Shown one piece after another: positions 34,853 to 44,396 of a DNA stretch of 56,516 nucleotides. Source of the stretch: Eubacteriales bacterium. GTDB lineage: Bacteria; Bacillota; Clostridia; Oscillospirales; CAG-272. The stretch spans positions 1 through 56,516 of the forward strand of contig JAZRGD010000052.1 of the NCBI GenBank assembly GCA_045644045.1, read 5' to 3'. How positions within the stretch are numbered: position 1 is the stretch's first letter; each line of letters begins with the position of its first letter. The notes beneath the pieces are model-generated. The model was not told the origin of the DNA. It saw nothing but the letters and a program-made list of their open reading frames with translations, and ran no database searches. A program made the translations under genes and the position numbers.

Positions 34853-36958
34853 TCAGTGATTGCTGAAAACGATGATCTTGTCTCTCTGCTCCAGATGTAC
34901 CTTGATCTGAGACTGATCGCCCGAGAACAGCACGATCCTTCCACCCGGCTTGACGTAGCCGAGAGGGATGTTGGGGTTGTGCTTTTCCTTGGGGATGGAC
35001 TCGTCTGTGGAGGCGTCAAAGACGGCGCGGATCAGCTCCTCGGCGGTGCAGGGAGGCGGCAGCTCCTCAAAGAAGCGGCTGACCTTCTTGATGTAGATCT
35101 CCTTGCTGTCGTACTCCTCGCTGTCTGCCGTGTCGTAGGTCAGAATATCGGAATAGAAGCCAAAGAGTGCTTCCTTCTCACCGATCTGTGTGATCATCTT
35201 ACTGATGTAACGGTTGCTGATGACCACGTTGTTGACGCTGTAGCTGTTGACAATGTCGTGATGCTTGGGGTCGATGATCTCTGCGATCACGTCGATGCTT
35301 TCGGGATCGAAGGTAGGATCCTCCTTTACCTTCTTGTTGATAATATCCTGTACGTACACCAGATTGGTCAAAACGCTCGCGTCCAGATCCTCGTTCAAAA
35401 CGGTATCGTCCGACAGAAGCAGAACGCTGGTGTCCTCCTCGTTGCTGAGGGCGAAACGCTCAATGGTGGAGCAGATCAGATCCTTGTCGTAGAGCTTTGC
35501 CGCTACCGTCTCCACCACGAAGGGATATTCGCGGTAGTAGTTCAGCTTCTCCAAATTCTTTTCGTCGTCAATGACCAGAATGCGCAAGATCTCACGGTCG
35601 GATTTGCCCCACTCGTCGCAGAAGGCGCGGAAGCCCTGCATGATGTCGCGGCACTTGCTGTTGTGACCCAAAATGACCACGTTCTTTTGGACGATCCAAT
35701 AGTCGTGGTTCAGCTTGACCTCGGGCAAGCACGCCTTGATCGCGGCAGATTTTCTCGTGATATCCTTTTCGGAATCGGCGGCGTAGTAATAATAATCCTT
35801 GCCCTTCTCCGACATAAAGGTCAAGGGAATGGCGTGCCTATGCTCGGCAAGATACGCCTTGGCATGGGCTACGTCGTCCTCCACCCTCTCCTCGTGCGAG
35901 TAGAAGGCGGCGCCCTTGTTGGAAAACAGCTCTCGGTACACCGCGTTCAGCTCGGGCATCAGGGAGAACTGGGAAAGGATCTGACCAAGTATTTTATTGA
36001 TGCGAATGGGAACGATGTTGCACTTGCCGTCCACCTGCTTGTAACGAATGATCTTGTCAACGATCTCCTCCGTCCAGTCGTCGGTGATCTCAACGATGAT
36101 CTTCTGATTGTCGTCGGAATAGGCGGCGGCAGTAATATCCGCTACCTGCATCAAGGTCTTGATGGTTTGCGGATTGCCACGGCTTTGGTCGTCCATGCGA
36201 TCCTTATGCTCAAATTTGCAAATGGTGTTATTGACGTCGTTGCCTAAAATGATGGCAGTCTTGGCATGCTCAAGAGAAATATCGTGTAGCTGCTTGGAGG
36301 AGAACACGTCGCCCTCGCGGACGATGACCGTCACGTTTCTCTTCATTTTTTCCTTGCGGAACATGGCGCGGCGGCGGAAAAAGGGAAGGGCGGCGTATTT
36401 GTCAAGAACCGCCTTGTTTTCTCTGCTGATGGTGTCGGACAGCCTCTCGTCGATCTCCTTTTCGATCTCCGCGCGTCTGCCGGCTACCAGCACCACCACC
36501 TTTTGCTCCGTTTCGCAATAGAGCAGATCGTTGACGATCTCCGAGGCGCGGGTGTTCCAGTTTAAGATGACCACGTGACCCGATACGTGAAGCCGCCGCT
36601 TGCCCGAGTTGGCGTTCTCGATAAAGTGAGAGATATAGTTGGTTACGTAACCGATGACGGCACCCGTAAAGGTGATCATACCCACCAGCACTACCACCAG
36701 GCAAAATACGGTGAGGATCACTCCCGACGTGCCGATCTCCGACACCGAGGAAACAAATCCCGCGTCTAACACCATCGCTACGGTGTAGTACGCCGCCACG
36801 ATAAAGGACAGCTCCTGTGTGCCCTCGCTTGACAGCGCGCTGATGACGGCAGCCGATGCCACAAAAAACAGGATATTGAATAGCAAAATGGCGACCAGAA
36901 CCATACCGCCCGGACGCTTGACCAGCTGAATACTCAGCCATTCCTTAAAACGCTTCAT
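34853..36958 (-). CDS. CASTOR/POLLUX-like putative ion channel (2-TM pore plus two RCK/TrkA-N-like domains)
   Basis: TM1 'MVLVAILLFNILFFVASAAVISAL', a pore-like stretch 'AAYYTVAMVLDAGFVSS' and TM2 'VILTVFCLVVVLVGMITFTGAVIGYV'. These are followed by 'HVVILNWNTRASEIVNDL' and 'NVVILGHNSKCRDIMQGF' Rossmann-like starts. Confidence 0.6.
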   Translation of the reverse strand: MKRFKEWLSIQLVKRPGGMVLVAILLFNILFFVASAAVISALSSEGTQELSFIVAAYYTVAMVLDAGFVSSVSEIGTSGVILTVFCLVVVLVGMITFTGAVIGYVTNYISHFIENANSGKRRLHVSGHVVILNWNTRASEIVNDLLYCETEQKVVVLVAGRRAEIEKEIDERLSDTISRENKAVLDKYAALPFFRRRAMFRKEKMKRNVTVIVREGDVFSSKQLHDISLEHAKTAIILGNDVNNTICKFEHKDRMDDQSRGNPQTIKTLMQVADITAAAYSDDNQKIIVEITDDWTEEIVDKIIRYKQVDGKCNIVPIRINKILGQILSQFSLMPELNAVYRELFSNKGAAFYSHEERVEDDVAHAKAYLAEHRHAIPLTFMSEKGKDYYYYAADSEKDITRKSAAIKACLPEVKLNHDYWIVQKNVVILGHNSKCRDIMQGFRAFCDEWGKSDREILRILVIDDEKNLEKLNYYREYPFVVETVAAKLYDKDLICSTIERFALSNEEDTSVLLLSDDTVLNEDLDASVLTNLVYVQDIINKKVKEDPTFDPESIDVIAEIIDPKHHDIVNSYSVNNVVISNRYISKMITQIGEKEALFGFYSDILTYDTADSEEYDSKEIYIKKVSRFFEELPPPCTAEELIRAVFDASTDESIPKEKHNPNIPLGYVKPGGRIVLFSGDQSQIKVHLEQRDKIIVFSNH

Positions 36959-37210
36959 AAAAGCTCCTTGTTCATGATGATAAGGTCATTTTAACACATC
37001 TTGCGCAAAAGGTCAATATTTTTTTAACAAAAAGGCAAAAAAGAGTAAATCTTATCCGATGGACTTTGCTTTTGCCGCTTGGATATGCTTTGTAAATAAA
37101 ATATGAAAAGTATGGACAGTAAAAAGATGTTATGCTATACTGTTGGTGGAAGAATCTGTACCGCCCACGCTCCCCACACGTGTCGGAGTGTTGTTTGGAA
37201 AGGAGAATAT

Positions 37211-38350
37211 ATGAAAGCAAAAGCAGAGCGAAAGGTCAGAATCGGTACCCTTGCGTGGGTGCTTTGCGTTGCCATTTTGGGAACCTGTCTTCACCTTTTT
37301 ATCCTGACAGTCATTGGCTTTCGGACCTATGGCACGGTAGAACGGTGGCATTTCCGTTACAGTAACCGTCTTTTGCTCAATACCGATCCCGAGCCCACCC
37401 CGGGGATCGTCTACGATGCATCTATGTATATTCCCGGCAAAGAAAGCGTTTACGTTTTCGCGCAGCTTAAGAAAAACGTATATCGGGAGGGGGAGCAGAT
37501 CAAGGCCACCTTCGACGTGGGCCTTTGGAATGACGACCTGGGCGACGGCGACCTGGAGATCCGCATTTTCGCGGAGGCGTTCACGGTGGAGATGGAGGGG
37601 GCGACGAAAAAGGGTGACACCTTTGTGATAGAGAACTTTACCCACGACCGTTATCCCCAACAAAGTACCCTGCGCCTTACCCTTCGCCTTACCCCAAATT
37701 TCGAAGAGGATTGGGTCACGGGGCGGATCGGTTATGAGATCGGCTTTCGTCCCGCGGATGAGGAGGCGTTTCGTGACCGCGTTTGGCAGGAGGAGAAGTG
37801 CGAGGCCATCTTGAAGGATGGATGCGTACCCATTGCCGGCTTTAACGACCGTAATTTTGTCTCTCATCGGGGTGAATTATGGATCTCTTACAGAAGAGAC
37901 GTCCCCTTTTTGCTTTTGAAAAATCAGTACGCTCGCGGCTTGATCAGCGGAAAGACCCTTGCGGAGACCTATTATAAGGACCAATACGAGGGTGTCTATG
38001 AGCTTCAAATGGCCCGTAGCTATATGATAGACGGAAACCGCCCTGCCGGTGTGGCTTTTTCGTATAATAGCGAATACATTCGTTATAATAGCGATAGGAT
38101 CATGGATGATAAAATGTTCAGATTGAGCGAGGAGTGCGACCCGGTGATCGGTGAAAAGTTGAACGAAGAAAAGCGGCAAGAGCTAAGGGCTTACGTTTTG
38201 CGATATATGCGCGACGAGGGGATCATCACCGAAGCCGAGTACGAAAGAGAGCTTTTGCCCCTCGCGGGCTCCAACGATGCGGGCTATTATATCGGTTACC
38301 CCTTCTTCTGGCAAAGCATTTTAGATCACTATCGCTATACGCATAAATAA
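37211..38350 (+). CDS. Hypothetical membrane-anchored protein
   Basis: ORF 37103..38350 trimmed to ATG 37211, which follows AAAGGAGA. N-terminal signal-anchor 'IGTLAWVLCVAILGTCLHLFILTVIGF'. No family recognised. Confidence 0.6.
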   Translation: MKAKAERKVRIGTLAWVLCVAILGTCLHLFILTVIGFRTYGTVERWHFRYSNRLLLNTDPEPTPGIVYDASMYIPGKESVYVFAQLKKNVYREGEQIKATFDVGLWNDDLGDGDLEIRIFAEAFTVEMEGATKKGDTFVIENFTHDRYPQQSTLRLTLRLTPNFEEDWVTGRIGYEIGFRPADEEAFRDRVWQEEKCEAILKDGCVPIAGFNDRNFVSHRGELWISYRRDVPFLLLKNQYARGLISGKTLAETYYKDQYEGVYELQMARSYMIDGNRPAGVAFSYNSEYIRYNSDRIMDDKMFRLSEECDPVIGEKLNEEKRQELRAYVLRYMRDEGIITEAEYERELLPLAGSNDAGYYIGYPFFWQSILDHYRYTHK

Positions 38351-38374
38351 AAAAGACGATGAGAGGATAGAAAC

Positions 38375-39169
38375 GTGATCAACAAAACAATTTCACTCAC
38401 CAACGACGAGTCGGTCTACCTTGAGACCCTTGTTCCCTTGAAAACGAAAAACTACGTCCGCAAGGCGCTTTTGGTCATCCCGGGCGGTGGTTATCACAAC
38501 GTTTGCGACGACAGAGAAGGGGAGACTATCGCAGAGGCGTTTCTGCCCTACGGCTTTGCCTGCTTCGTTCTGCACTATACCGTAAACAGGAAAAAGCCCT
38601 ATCCCGCTCAACTCATCGAGGCGTCGCTTGCCGTAAAGCATATTAAGGATAACGCTGAGACCTACGGCATTGATCCCGAGCAGGTTTTCGCGGTGGGCTT
38701 CTCGGCAGGCGGTCATTTAGCAGGTAGTCTTGCCACTATGTGGCACCGCCCCGAGGTCTACGAGGGAACGGGGCTGACTTACGGCGAAAATAAGGTAAAG
38801 GGCGCTATGCTCATTTATCCCGTTATCGCTGAGCAGGATTTTACCTTCCGCAATCTCCTTTGCACCGATGCCCCAACCGAGGCGCAATTAGACCGCGTTC
38901 GTATCGATCGCGCGGTGGACGAAAATACTGTTCCTTGCTTTATTATGCACACCGCCGCCGATCAGGTGGTGCCCGTGTGTAACGCCCTTCTGATGGCGTC
39001 CGCCATGGCGGAGCGCGGCCGCCCCTTTGAGCTTCACGTCTACCCCGACGGTCTCCACGGCATCGCCCTTGCCAATGAGATCACCGAATGCGGCAATCCT
39101 GCGTGGAATCAGCCTGCCGCAAGGCCTTGGGTGGCCGCAGCCGCGCTTTGGGCGAGCAGACCTTCTTAA
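38375..39169 (+). CDS. Alpha/beta hydrolase (acetyl-esterase/lipase-like)
   Basis: GTG start downstream of GAGAGGA. Oxyanion block 'VIPGGGY', nucleophile elbow 'GFSAGGHLA' and a C-terminal 'DGLHG' His block. Confidence 0.8.
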   Translation: MINKTISLTNDESVYLETLVPLKTKNYVRKALLVIPGGGYHNVCDDREGETIAEAFLPYGFACFVLHYTVNRKKPYPAQLIEASLAVKHIKDNAETYGIDPEQVFAVGFSAGGHLAGSLATMWHRPEVYEGTGLTYGENKVKGAMLIYPVIAEQDFTFRNLLCTDAPTEAQLDRVRIDRAVDENTVPCFIMHTAADQVVPVCNALLMASAMAERGRPFELHVYPDGLHGIALANEITECGNPAWNQPAARPWVAAAALWASRPS

Positions 39170-39179
39170 AAGCAAAAAA

Positions 39180-39204
39180 CTGCCGAAAAGGCAGTTTTTT
39201 GTTT
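39180..39204. terminator. Bidirectional terminator
   Basis: Stem CTGCC / GGCAG with a GAAAA loop (39180-39194), flanked by AAAAAA and TTTTTTGTTT. It sits between convergent genes. Confidence 0.6.
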
Positions 39205-40012
39205 ACAGCTTATTTTTTTCCTTGTATTCCGAGGGGGTTGTGCCGTAATGCTTTTTGAAGCTGCGGATAAAACAGGTCAGACTGGAAAAGCCGCACTCCT
39301 CGGCGGCGGTGCTGACAGAGACACCCTGCTCGGCAAACAATTCCACCGCTTGATGCAGCCGCACGAGGGTCAGGTATTGCTTGGGGCTGTATCCCGTGTA
39401 GAGCTTGAAGGCGTGGGTCAGGTAGTAGCGGTTGGCGTAGAAGCGACCGCATAGCTCGTCAATGCGAATATCCTCCGCGAAGTGGCGGTCGAGATAGCTT
39501 TGCATCTCGTACAGCTGGGCGCGGATGCCGCCGTCCGTCCCTTGGTCGTCGGGTAAGGAGCGCTTGACCTCGATCATGATCTCCTTGACGTATTGCCCCG
39601 TCAGCGTCTCACTGTACGCGTCCGCTCGTTCGCATTCGGAGATGATGCGTGAAAAGAGATGGGCGACTCTTGCCGCCGTCTCGGCATCAAAGCACACCGT
39701 GTGACGGAAGCCCTCGGGACGGAATTTGAGAAGCGCGATCAGATCGAGTGCGTCCAGTGCCTTCTCACATTCCTTGGTGGCAAGATTGACGAAATATCTT
39801 TCGTATACCGTGCTGTCCACCCGAAGGGTGTGGTTTTCTAAGTTTCCGACTAAGATCAGCGTGCCGTCCGTAGCCTGATAGCTTTCTTCACCAATGGAAA
39901 CGGCGAGCTGACCTCGCTTCACGAATATCAGCTCGTACCCGTTGTGATAATGGTAGGTGCCGTGGTGTGGCCCCGTCTTGAAGGCGGCGGCTGTAACAAG
40001 CTTGTTTTTCAT
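39203..40012 (-). CDS. AraC-family transcriptional regulator
   Basis: Trimmed to ATG 40012. N-terminal cupin 'HYHNGYELIFVKRGQLAV'. C-terminal 'CGFSSLTCFIRSFKKHYGTTPSEY' is AraC HTH. Confidence 0.85.
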   Translation of the reverse strand: MKNKLVTAAAFKTGPHHGTYHYHNGYELIFVKRGQLAVSIGEESYQATDGTLILVGNLENHTLRVDSTVYERYFVNLATKECEKALDALDLIALLKFRPEGFRHTVCFDAETAARVAHLFSRIISECERADAYSETLTGQYVKEIMIEVKRSLPDDQGTDGGIRAQLYEMQSYLDRHFAEDIRIDELCGRFYANRYYLTHAFKLYTGYSPKQYLTLVRLHQAVELFAEQGVSVSTAAEECGFSSLTCFIRSFKKHYGTTPSEYKEKNKL

Positions 40013-40048
40013 TCTTGCTCCCATGCGCTCGGCGCTTTTTTTCGTATT

Positions 40049-40897
40049 TTATCCGCGGAAGGCGGAAAGGAGGGACATTCTCTTGGAAGAGTAGCGATAA
40101 GCAGAGGCAAAGTCTCCGAGGGACTTGTGACATTGCTCAATATCGCCGTACAGACGGAATAGCACGAAAAGGCTGAAGTGTCGGTCGCTTCGCTTTTCCT
40201 CGATGATCTCCATGGCCTTCAAGGCATCGGCATAGCGTCCCTTGGCGATCAAGCCCTTGGCCTCCACGTGGGCTGCCAAAATGGGGTCACGGAAGGTGTA
40301 GCCCTCGGTGTCCTCCGCCACGTAGCGATAAAACTCCGCGTCTGCCGCCTCCGCCACCGCGTCTTCGTAGCCGCATGAGGTCACCTCGTACTTCGGAGCT
40401 TGCACGTTGCGCAAGACCGCTTCAAGCAGCGTTAAGCGCGCATGTAACGTTTCCTTGGGATAAGCGGTGTGGGAAAGATAGGCGCGCGCGCGCTCGCAAA
40501 ACCGCTCGGCACTGACCATGGCACCTCTGTGCAGTGCCTCCGAGGCCAAGGAAATGCAAGCGTGAAGGAGCAAAAGCGACGCCTCGTCGTCGGGATGCGT
40601 CAGGTCACGCTCGGCAAGCCGTAAGACCTCCTTGTAATTTCCCGCCAGAAATTGCTTTTTGATGGCGGGAAATACCTGCACCTTGCGGTAAGCCTCGTAG
40701 GAGCTGTCCTCGTCCAAAAGGTATCCCGCCGGCACGCCCAGTCGCTTTGCCAAATATTTTAAGGTGGGTAAGGAGGGAAGGGTGGTGTCGCTTTCAATGA
40801 GGCTGAGCATATTGCGCGTGATCTCCTCACCCGCCAGCTCCGCCTGCGTCCACTTTTTTTCCTTACGCAACGCCTTTATTTTTTGTCCTAATGTCAT
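40049..40897 (-). CDS. XRE-family HTH regulator with TPR-like C-terminal domain (RNPP-like architecture)
   Basis: Trimmed to ATG 40897, 7 nt after AGAGGA. 'LGQKIKALRKEKKWTQAELAG...ITRNMLSLIE' is an XRE HTH. The remaining ~210 aa are helical-repeat-like. Confidence 0.75.
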   Translation of the reverse strand: MTLGQKIKALRKEKKWTQAELAGEEITRNMLSLIESDTTLPSLPTLKYLAKRLGVPAGYLLDEDSSYEAYRKVQVFPAIKKQFLAGNYKEVLRLAERDLTHPDDEASLLLLHACISLASEALHRGAMVSAERFCERARAYLSHTAYPKETLHARLTLLEAVLRNVQAPKYEVTSCGYEDAVAEAADAEFYRYVAEDTEGYTFRDPILAAHVEAKGLIAKGRYADALKAMEIIEEKRSDRHFSLFVLFRLYGDIEQCHKSLGDFASAYRYSSKRMSLLSAFRG

Positions 40898-40981
40898 ACG
40901 TTCATCCTCTTTTCTTCTTGCTCCTACATTGTAGCACAAAATGTGAAGGATGTCAACAAAAAAGTAAATAAAAATTACAGT

Positions 40982-41689
40982 TCACCCCACCACGTTGCCA
41001 AAATCCACCGCGTCGTCAATATCAAATTCCGTCACGCCGTCCGTCAAACGGGAGATCTGCGTCAGACTTTCGGGGACGTCCCCTACGATGACCGTCTCTG
41101 CCGCGGGAAAGGAGGAGTCCAGCGTAATGGCCTCCACTCTGCCCGAGATCAGGCAATATACCGTGATCTCAAAGCAAAAGCGAATGGTGTGGCGGGTCTG
41201 GTTGATGCCCGCCTCGGTGAAGGAGGAATGAAAGGATGCCTTTAAGCTGTCCGCCGTTTTGACCCGTACGGTAAGAGGGCGACCAAGCCCCGAAAGCGGT
41301 AAAAAGCCAAGCAGATTTCCGAGGGGGATGGATACGGAAAGCGCGCCCTCCTCCTCCAAGGCGGAAAGCAAGGATAACGCAAGCCGTTGCTTCAGCAGCG
41401 CGATCCTTACCGTATCCACCGACACAGACCGTACTGCGCCGTCCGTGCCGTAGCCGATATGTATGAGAGAGCTGTAGCTCGTGTCCGTCTCAGCCAGCGT
41501 CAGGGCGATCTGCTCGGCAGACAGGGCGGAAAGCCGCGTACCTACGCGGCTCTCCACAAGTGCCAGCACCTGCGGGTAGAGACAGAAATGGAGCAAGAGC
41601 GCGGGAAGCAGAAGAAAAAGGCCAAGCCCTAACAGACGTCTTTTTCCGCGCTTTTTTCTCCTTTTTCCGATGTAGTAACACTCCTTCAT
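40982..41689 (-). CDS. yunB: Sporulation protein YunB
   Basis: ATG 41689 lies 6 nt after GGAGGTG. Basic N-terminus plus a TM helix. 'VSIPLGNLLG' and 'VTEFDIDD' are YunB-like blocks. Confidence 0.7.
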   Translation of the reverse strand: MKECYYIGKRRKKRGKRRLLGLGLFLLLPALLLHFCLYPQVLALVESRVGTRLSALSAEQIALTLAETDTSYSSLIHIGYGTDGAVRSVSVDTVRIALLKQRLALSLLSALEEEGALSVSIPLGNLLGFLPLSGLGRPLTVRVKTADSLKASFHSSFTEAGINQTRHTIRFCFEITVYCLISGRVEAITLDSSFPAAETVIVGDVPESLTQISRLTDGVTEFDIDDAVDFGNVVG

Positions 41690-41768
41690 GCCGTTCACCT
41701 CCAAAAAAGAAAGGAAAGAGGCTTTTCTCTTTCCTTTTTATTATTCTATGCCGAAGCGTGAAAAACGC

Positions 41769-42824
41769 TTACTCCTCCTCGTCCGCGTCGCTTGGAAGAG
41801 GGCGGCTCTTTTTCTTGACGTGTACCTGTGCGAGAGGGTTGTGGGCCACCGCCCTTTCCATGTTTTCATCGCTGACGTGGGTGTAGATCTGGGTGGTGTT
41901 GAGCTGAGCGTGACCGAGAATATCCTTTAGCACGCGCACGTCCACCTCGCCCGATTGATACATCAGCGTGGCGGCGGTATGCCGAAGCTTATGGACGGAA
42001 AGGCCGCGTCCCGAAAGACCTGCCGCGTCCAAATATTTGTATACCATCCACTGCACCGTCTTTTGGCTGATCCGCGTTTTGCGTGAGCTGATGAAAAGGG
42101 CGGGGGTGCGGATGTCTTGGGTATCCTGTCCCTGTCTCTCAAGTATATAGTCCATCAAGGCGGTACGGCAAGCGCGGTTGAGATAAATGACCCTTTCCTT
42201 GTTGCCCTTACCGATGACACGCAGGGATTTTAACTCCTTGTCCAAGTCGGTAAGATCGATCCCCACCAGCTCCGAAAGACGCATGCCGCAGTTGAGAAAC
42301 AGCGTAATGATGGCGTAATCCCTCAAAACGGTCTTGGATTCGGTGTCAGCTTTGACCGCCTCAAGGAGAGAGACGCTCTCCTTCAAGGTCAGGTATTTGG
42401 GCAGGGTAGTGTGGCGGTGTGGCGCGCTGATGGACTCGGTAGGATCCTTTTCCAGGTCCTTTTTGTCCAAATGAAGGTATTTGAAAAACGCCTTTAAGGT
42501 AGAAAGCTTGCGGGATCTTGCCGCCCAGCCGTTTTCTCTGTTTTGTCCCACGTAGAGCATAAACTCGTAAATGTCGCTTCTCGTGATCTCACAGAAACGG
42601 TCAAGCTCAAAGCCACGGATGTCGATCCGGGCAAACTCCTCGCTTTCCGTGTTCACACCAAGCCGCTTGGCCTCAAGGAAACGGCAAAAGGTACGCAGGT
42701 CGGAGAGGTACTCGCACACCGTCTTTTCCGTGCAGCCCTCAATAACGGATTTTTGAGAGGCAAACTCGCGCAGTAGGGGGGAGAACTGCTCCATTTCGCT
42801 GCTTTTTAAGGTTAAAACTGCCAT
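41769..42824 (-). CDS. Tyrosine site-specific recombinase (XerC/XerD-like)
   Basis: Trimmed to ATG 42824, 6 nt after AAGGAG. 'GMRLSEL', 'HKLRHTAATLMY' and 'LGHAQLNTTQIYTHV' supply the catalytic R..HxxR..Y residues. Confidence 0.85.
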   Translation of the reverse strand: MAVLTLKSSEMEQFSPLLREFASQKSVIEGCTEKTVCEYLSDLRTFCRFLEAKRLGVNTESEEFARIDIRGFELDRFCEITRSDIYEFMLYVGQNRENGWAARSRKLSTLKAFFKYLHLDKKDLEKDPTESISAPHRHTTLPKYLTLKESVSLLEAVKADTESKTVLRDYAIITLFLNCGMRLSELVGIDLTDLDKELKSLRVIGKGNKERVIYLNRACRTALMDYILERQGQDTQDIRTPALFISSRKTRISQKTVQWMVYKYLDAAGLSGRGLSVHKLRHTAATLMYQSGEVDVRVLKDILGHAQLNTTQIYTHVSDENMERAVAHNPLAQVHVKKKSRPLPSDADEEE

Positions 42825-43016
42825 GACGGTCTCCTTGTTAGGGAAAAATACAATTTTATTATACAAAATACAAAGCGAAAATGATGGACATATTGTAAAC
42901 TTTTGTACTCGTTTAAAATGTTTACGATTTAAGTATTGCATTTTGGAGCAAATACCGCTATAATGATGACACTGTTTTTCGCGAGCCGTATTCGCCCTCT
43001 GCCACAAGGAGTCAGC

Positions 43017-43610
43017 ATGACCTTTTTTAAAAAGAACTTAAGTCTCATCTCAAAGCTGTTTATCAATCAGATCGGTATGACCATCTTCGGCATCGTGCTG
43101 ACGATGGCTGTCAATATGGCGGCGAAAGGGAAGTCTGTCTTCCTTCTTTGCGTCAGTCTCTTCGCCGTCCTTTTCTATCTCGCTCTCATCTATAACGTCA
43201 TGTGGGATGCGGGAGCGCGCGACATCATTCGTATTGAAAACGGCAGACAGCCGAAAATCAAGCTTTACGCCTTCAAGGTCTCCCTGCTTGCCTCTGTCCC
43301 CAATCTCTTTTTGGCGGTTTTAATGCTCATCGGCTTTGTCCTTGGCTACGTGCTGGACCTGTCCTTCGGTGTTCTGCTTTACGGCTTCACCCATGTTTTC
43401 GTAGGCCTGTTCGAGTCTATGTACGCGGGGTGCTTCAGCGTGATTTTAGACTCCTTTGCGGACAACGCCTTCCTTGAGTATCTGGTGGCGACCGTCCTTT
43501 ATATCTTCTCCTCCTTGCCTATGATCTTGGTTTCCATGGGCGCTTACGCGCTCGGTGAGCACAACGTCTACCTCTTTGGAAAAAGAAAGCCCAAGAGCGA
43601 TAAAGAATAA
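43017..43610 (+). CDS. Hypothetical integral membrane protein
   Basis: ATG 43017 follows AAGGAG. Five to six hydrophobic helices. No family recognised. Confidence 0.6.
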   Translation: MTFFKKNLSLISKLFINQIGMTIFGIVLTMAVNMAAKGKSVFLLCVSLFAVLFYLALIYNVMWDAGARDIIRIENGRQPKIKLYAFKVSLLASVPNLFLAVLMLIGFVLGYVLDLSFGVLLYGFTHVFVGLFESMYAGCFSVILDSFADNAFLEYLVATVLYIFSSLPMILVSMGAYALGEHNVYLFGKRKPKSDKE

Positions 43611-43665
43611 ACGAACAAGGCTCCCCATAGAATGAATTGTACTTCGTTCTGTGGGGGGTCTTTTT

Positions 43666-44373
43666 ATGTCCTTTTTGTCGAGTAAAAATCTTTTGTCCTT
43701 CGTTTCCGTCGCGCTTTGCCTTTTTCTTTTGCTCCCGATGGGGCTCGGAGCTGCTCGTGGAGAGACCTTGCCCGCTCTCGCTTCACCCGACGGCCGCACC
43801 GTCATTTTGGATGCCGGTCACGGGGGCAAGGATGCGGGTGCCATCGGTGTGAACGGTGCCTTGGAAAAGGACTTGAATCTCGCCGTTACCCTTCTTTTGG
43901 CGGAGCACTTTCGCGCGGCGGGGGTAAACGTTATCTTAACGCGTGAGACGGACGACCTGGTATTAAGCGAGGAAGAGAAGCGGATGACGGGGCGCAAGGC
44001 GAAGGATCTCGCCAACCGCTTGGCGGTGGCAAGGGAAAATCCTCACGCCCTCTTCGTCAGTATCCATATGAACTCCTTTCCCACGGCGCGGTATAGGGGG
44101 CTTGAGGTCTATTACGCGGCAGACGCCAAAAGCAGGGAGGTGGCCGCCGCCATTATGAAAGGAGTGAAGGAGGGGCTCATTCCCGACAACACCCGTACCG
44201 CCAAGGCGACGGGCGGGAGCATTTATCTTTTAGACAACGCTGTCACACCTGCGGTGCTGGTGGAGTGCGGCTTTTTGTCCAATGGGGAGGATGCCGCAAA
44301 TTTATCCGACAAAGATTATCAAAAACAGTTGTCTTTTTGTCTTTTTTGTGCTATCATGGAGGTAGAATTCTAA
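43666..44373 (+). CDS. cwlD: N-acetylmuramoyl-L-alanine amidase, CwlD-type (germination-specific)
   Basis: Signal peptide, then 'ILDAGHGGKDAGAIG', 'LFVSIHMNS' and 'VLVECGFLSN' (amidase_3 blocks). GTG 43651 is an alternative start. Confidence 0.8.
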   Translation: MSFLSSKNLLSFVSVALCLFLLLPMGLGAARGETLPALASPDGRTVILDAGHGGKDAGAIGVNGALEKDLNLAVTLLLAEHFRAAGVNVILTRETDDLVLSEEEKRMTGRKAKDLANRLAVARENPHALFVSIHMNSFPTARYRGLEVYYAADAKSREVAAAIMKGVKEGLIPDNTRTAKATGGSIYLLDNAVTPAVLVECGFLSNGEDAANLSDKDYQKQLSFCLFCAIMEVEF

Positions 44374-44396
44374 TAAACGAACGGATGGAATATAAA

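Noticed and set aside
41769-42824. Tyrosine recombinase as a marker of a prophage or integrative element
   Set aside because: It is flanked by yunB, a membrane protein, cwlD and radA. There are no phage or conjugation genes, no tRNA, and no att-like direct repeats that I could see. It looks like a chromosomal XerC/XerD-type recombinase.
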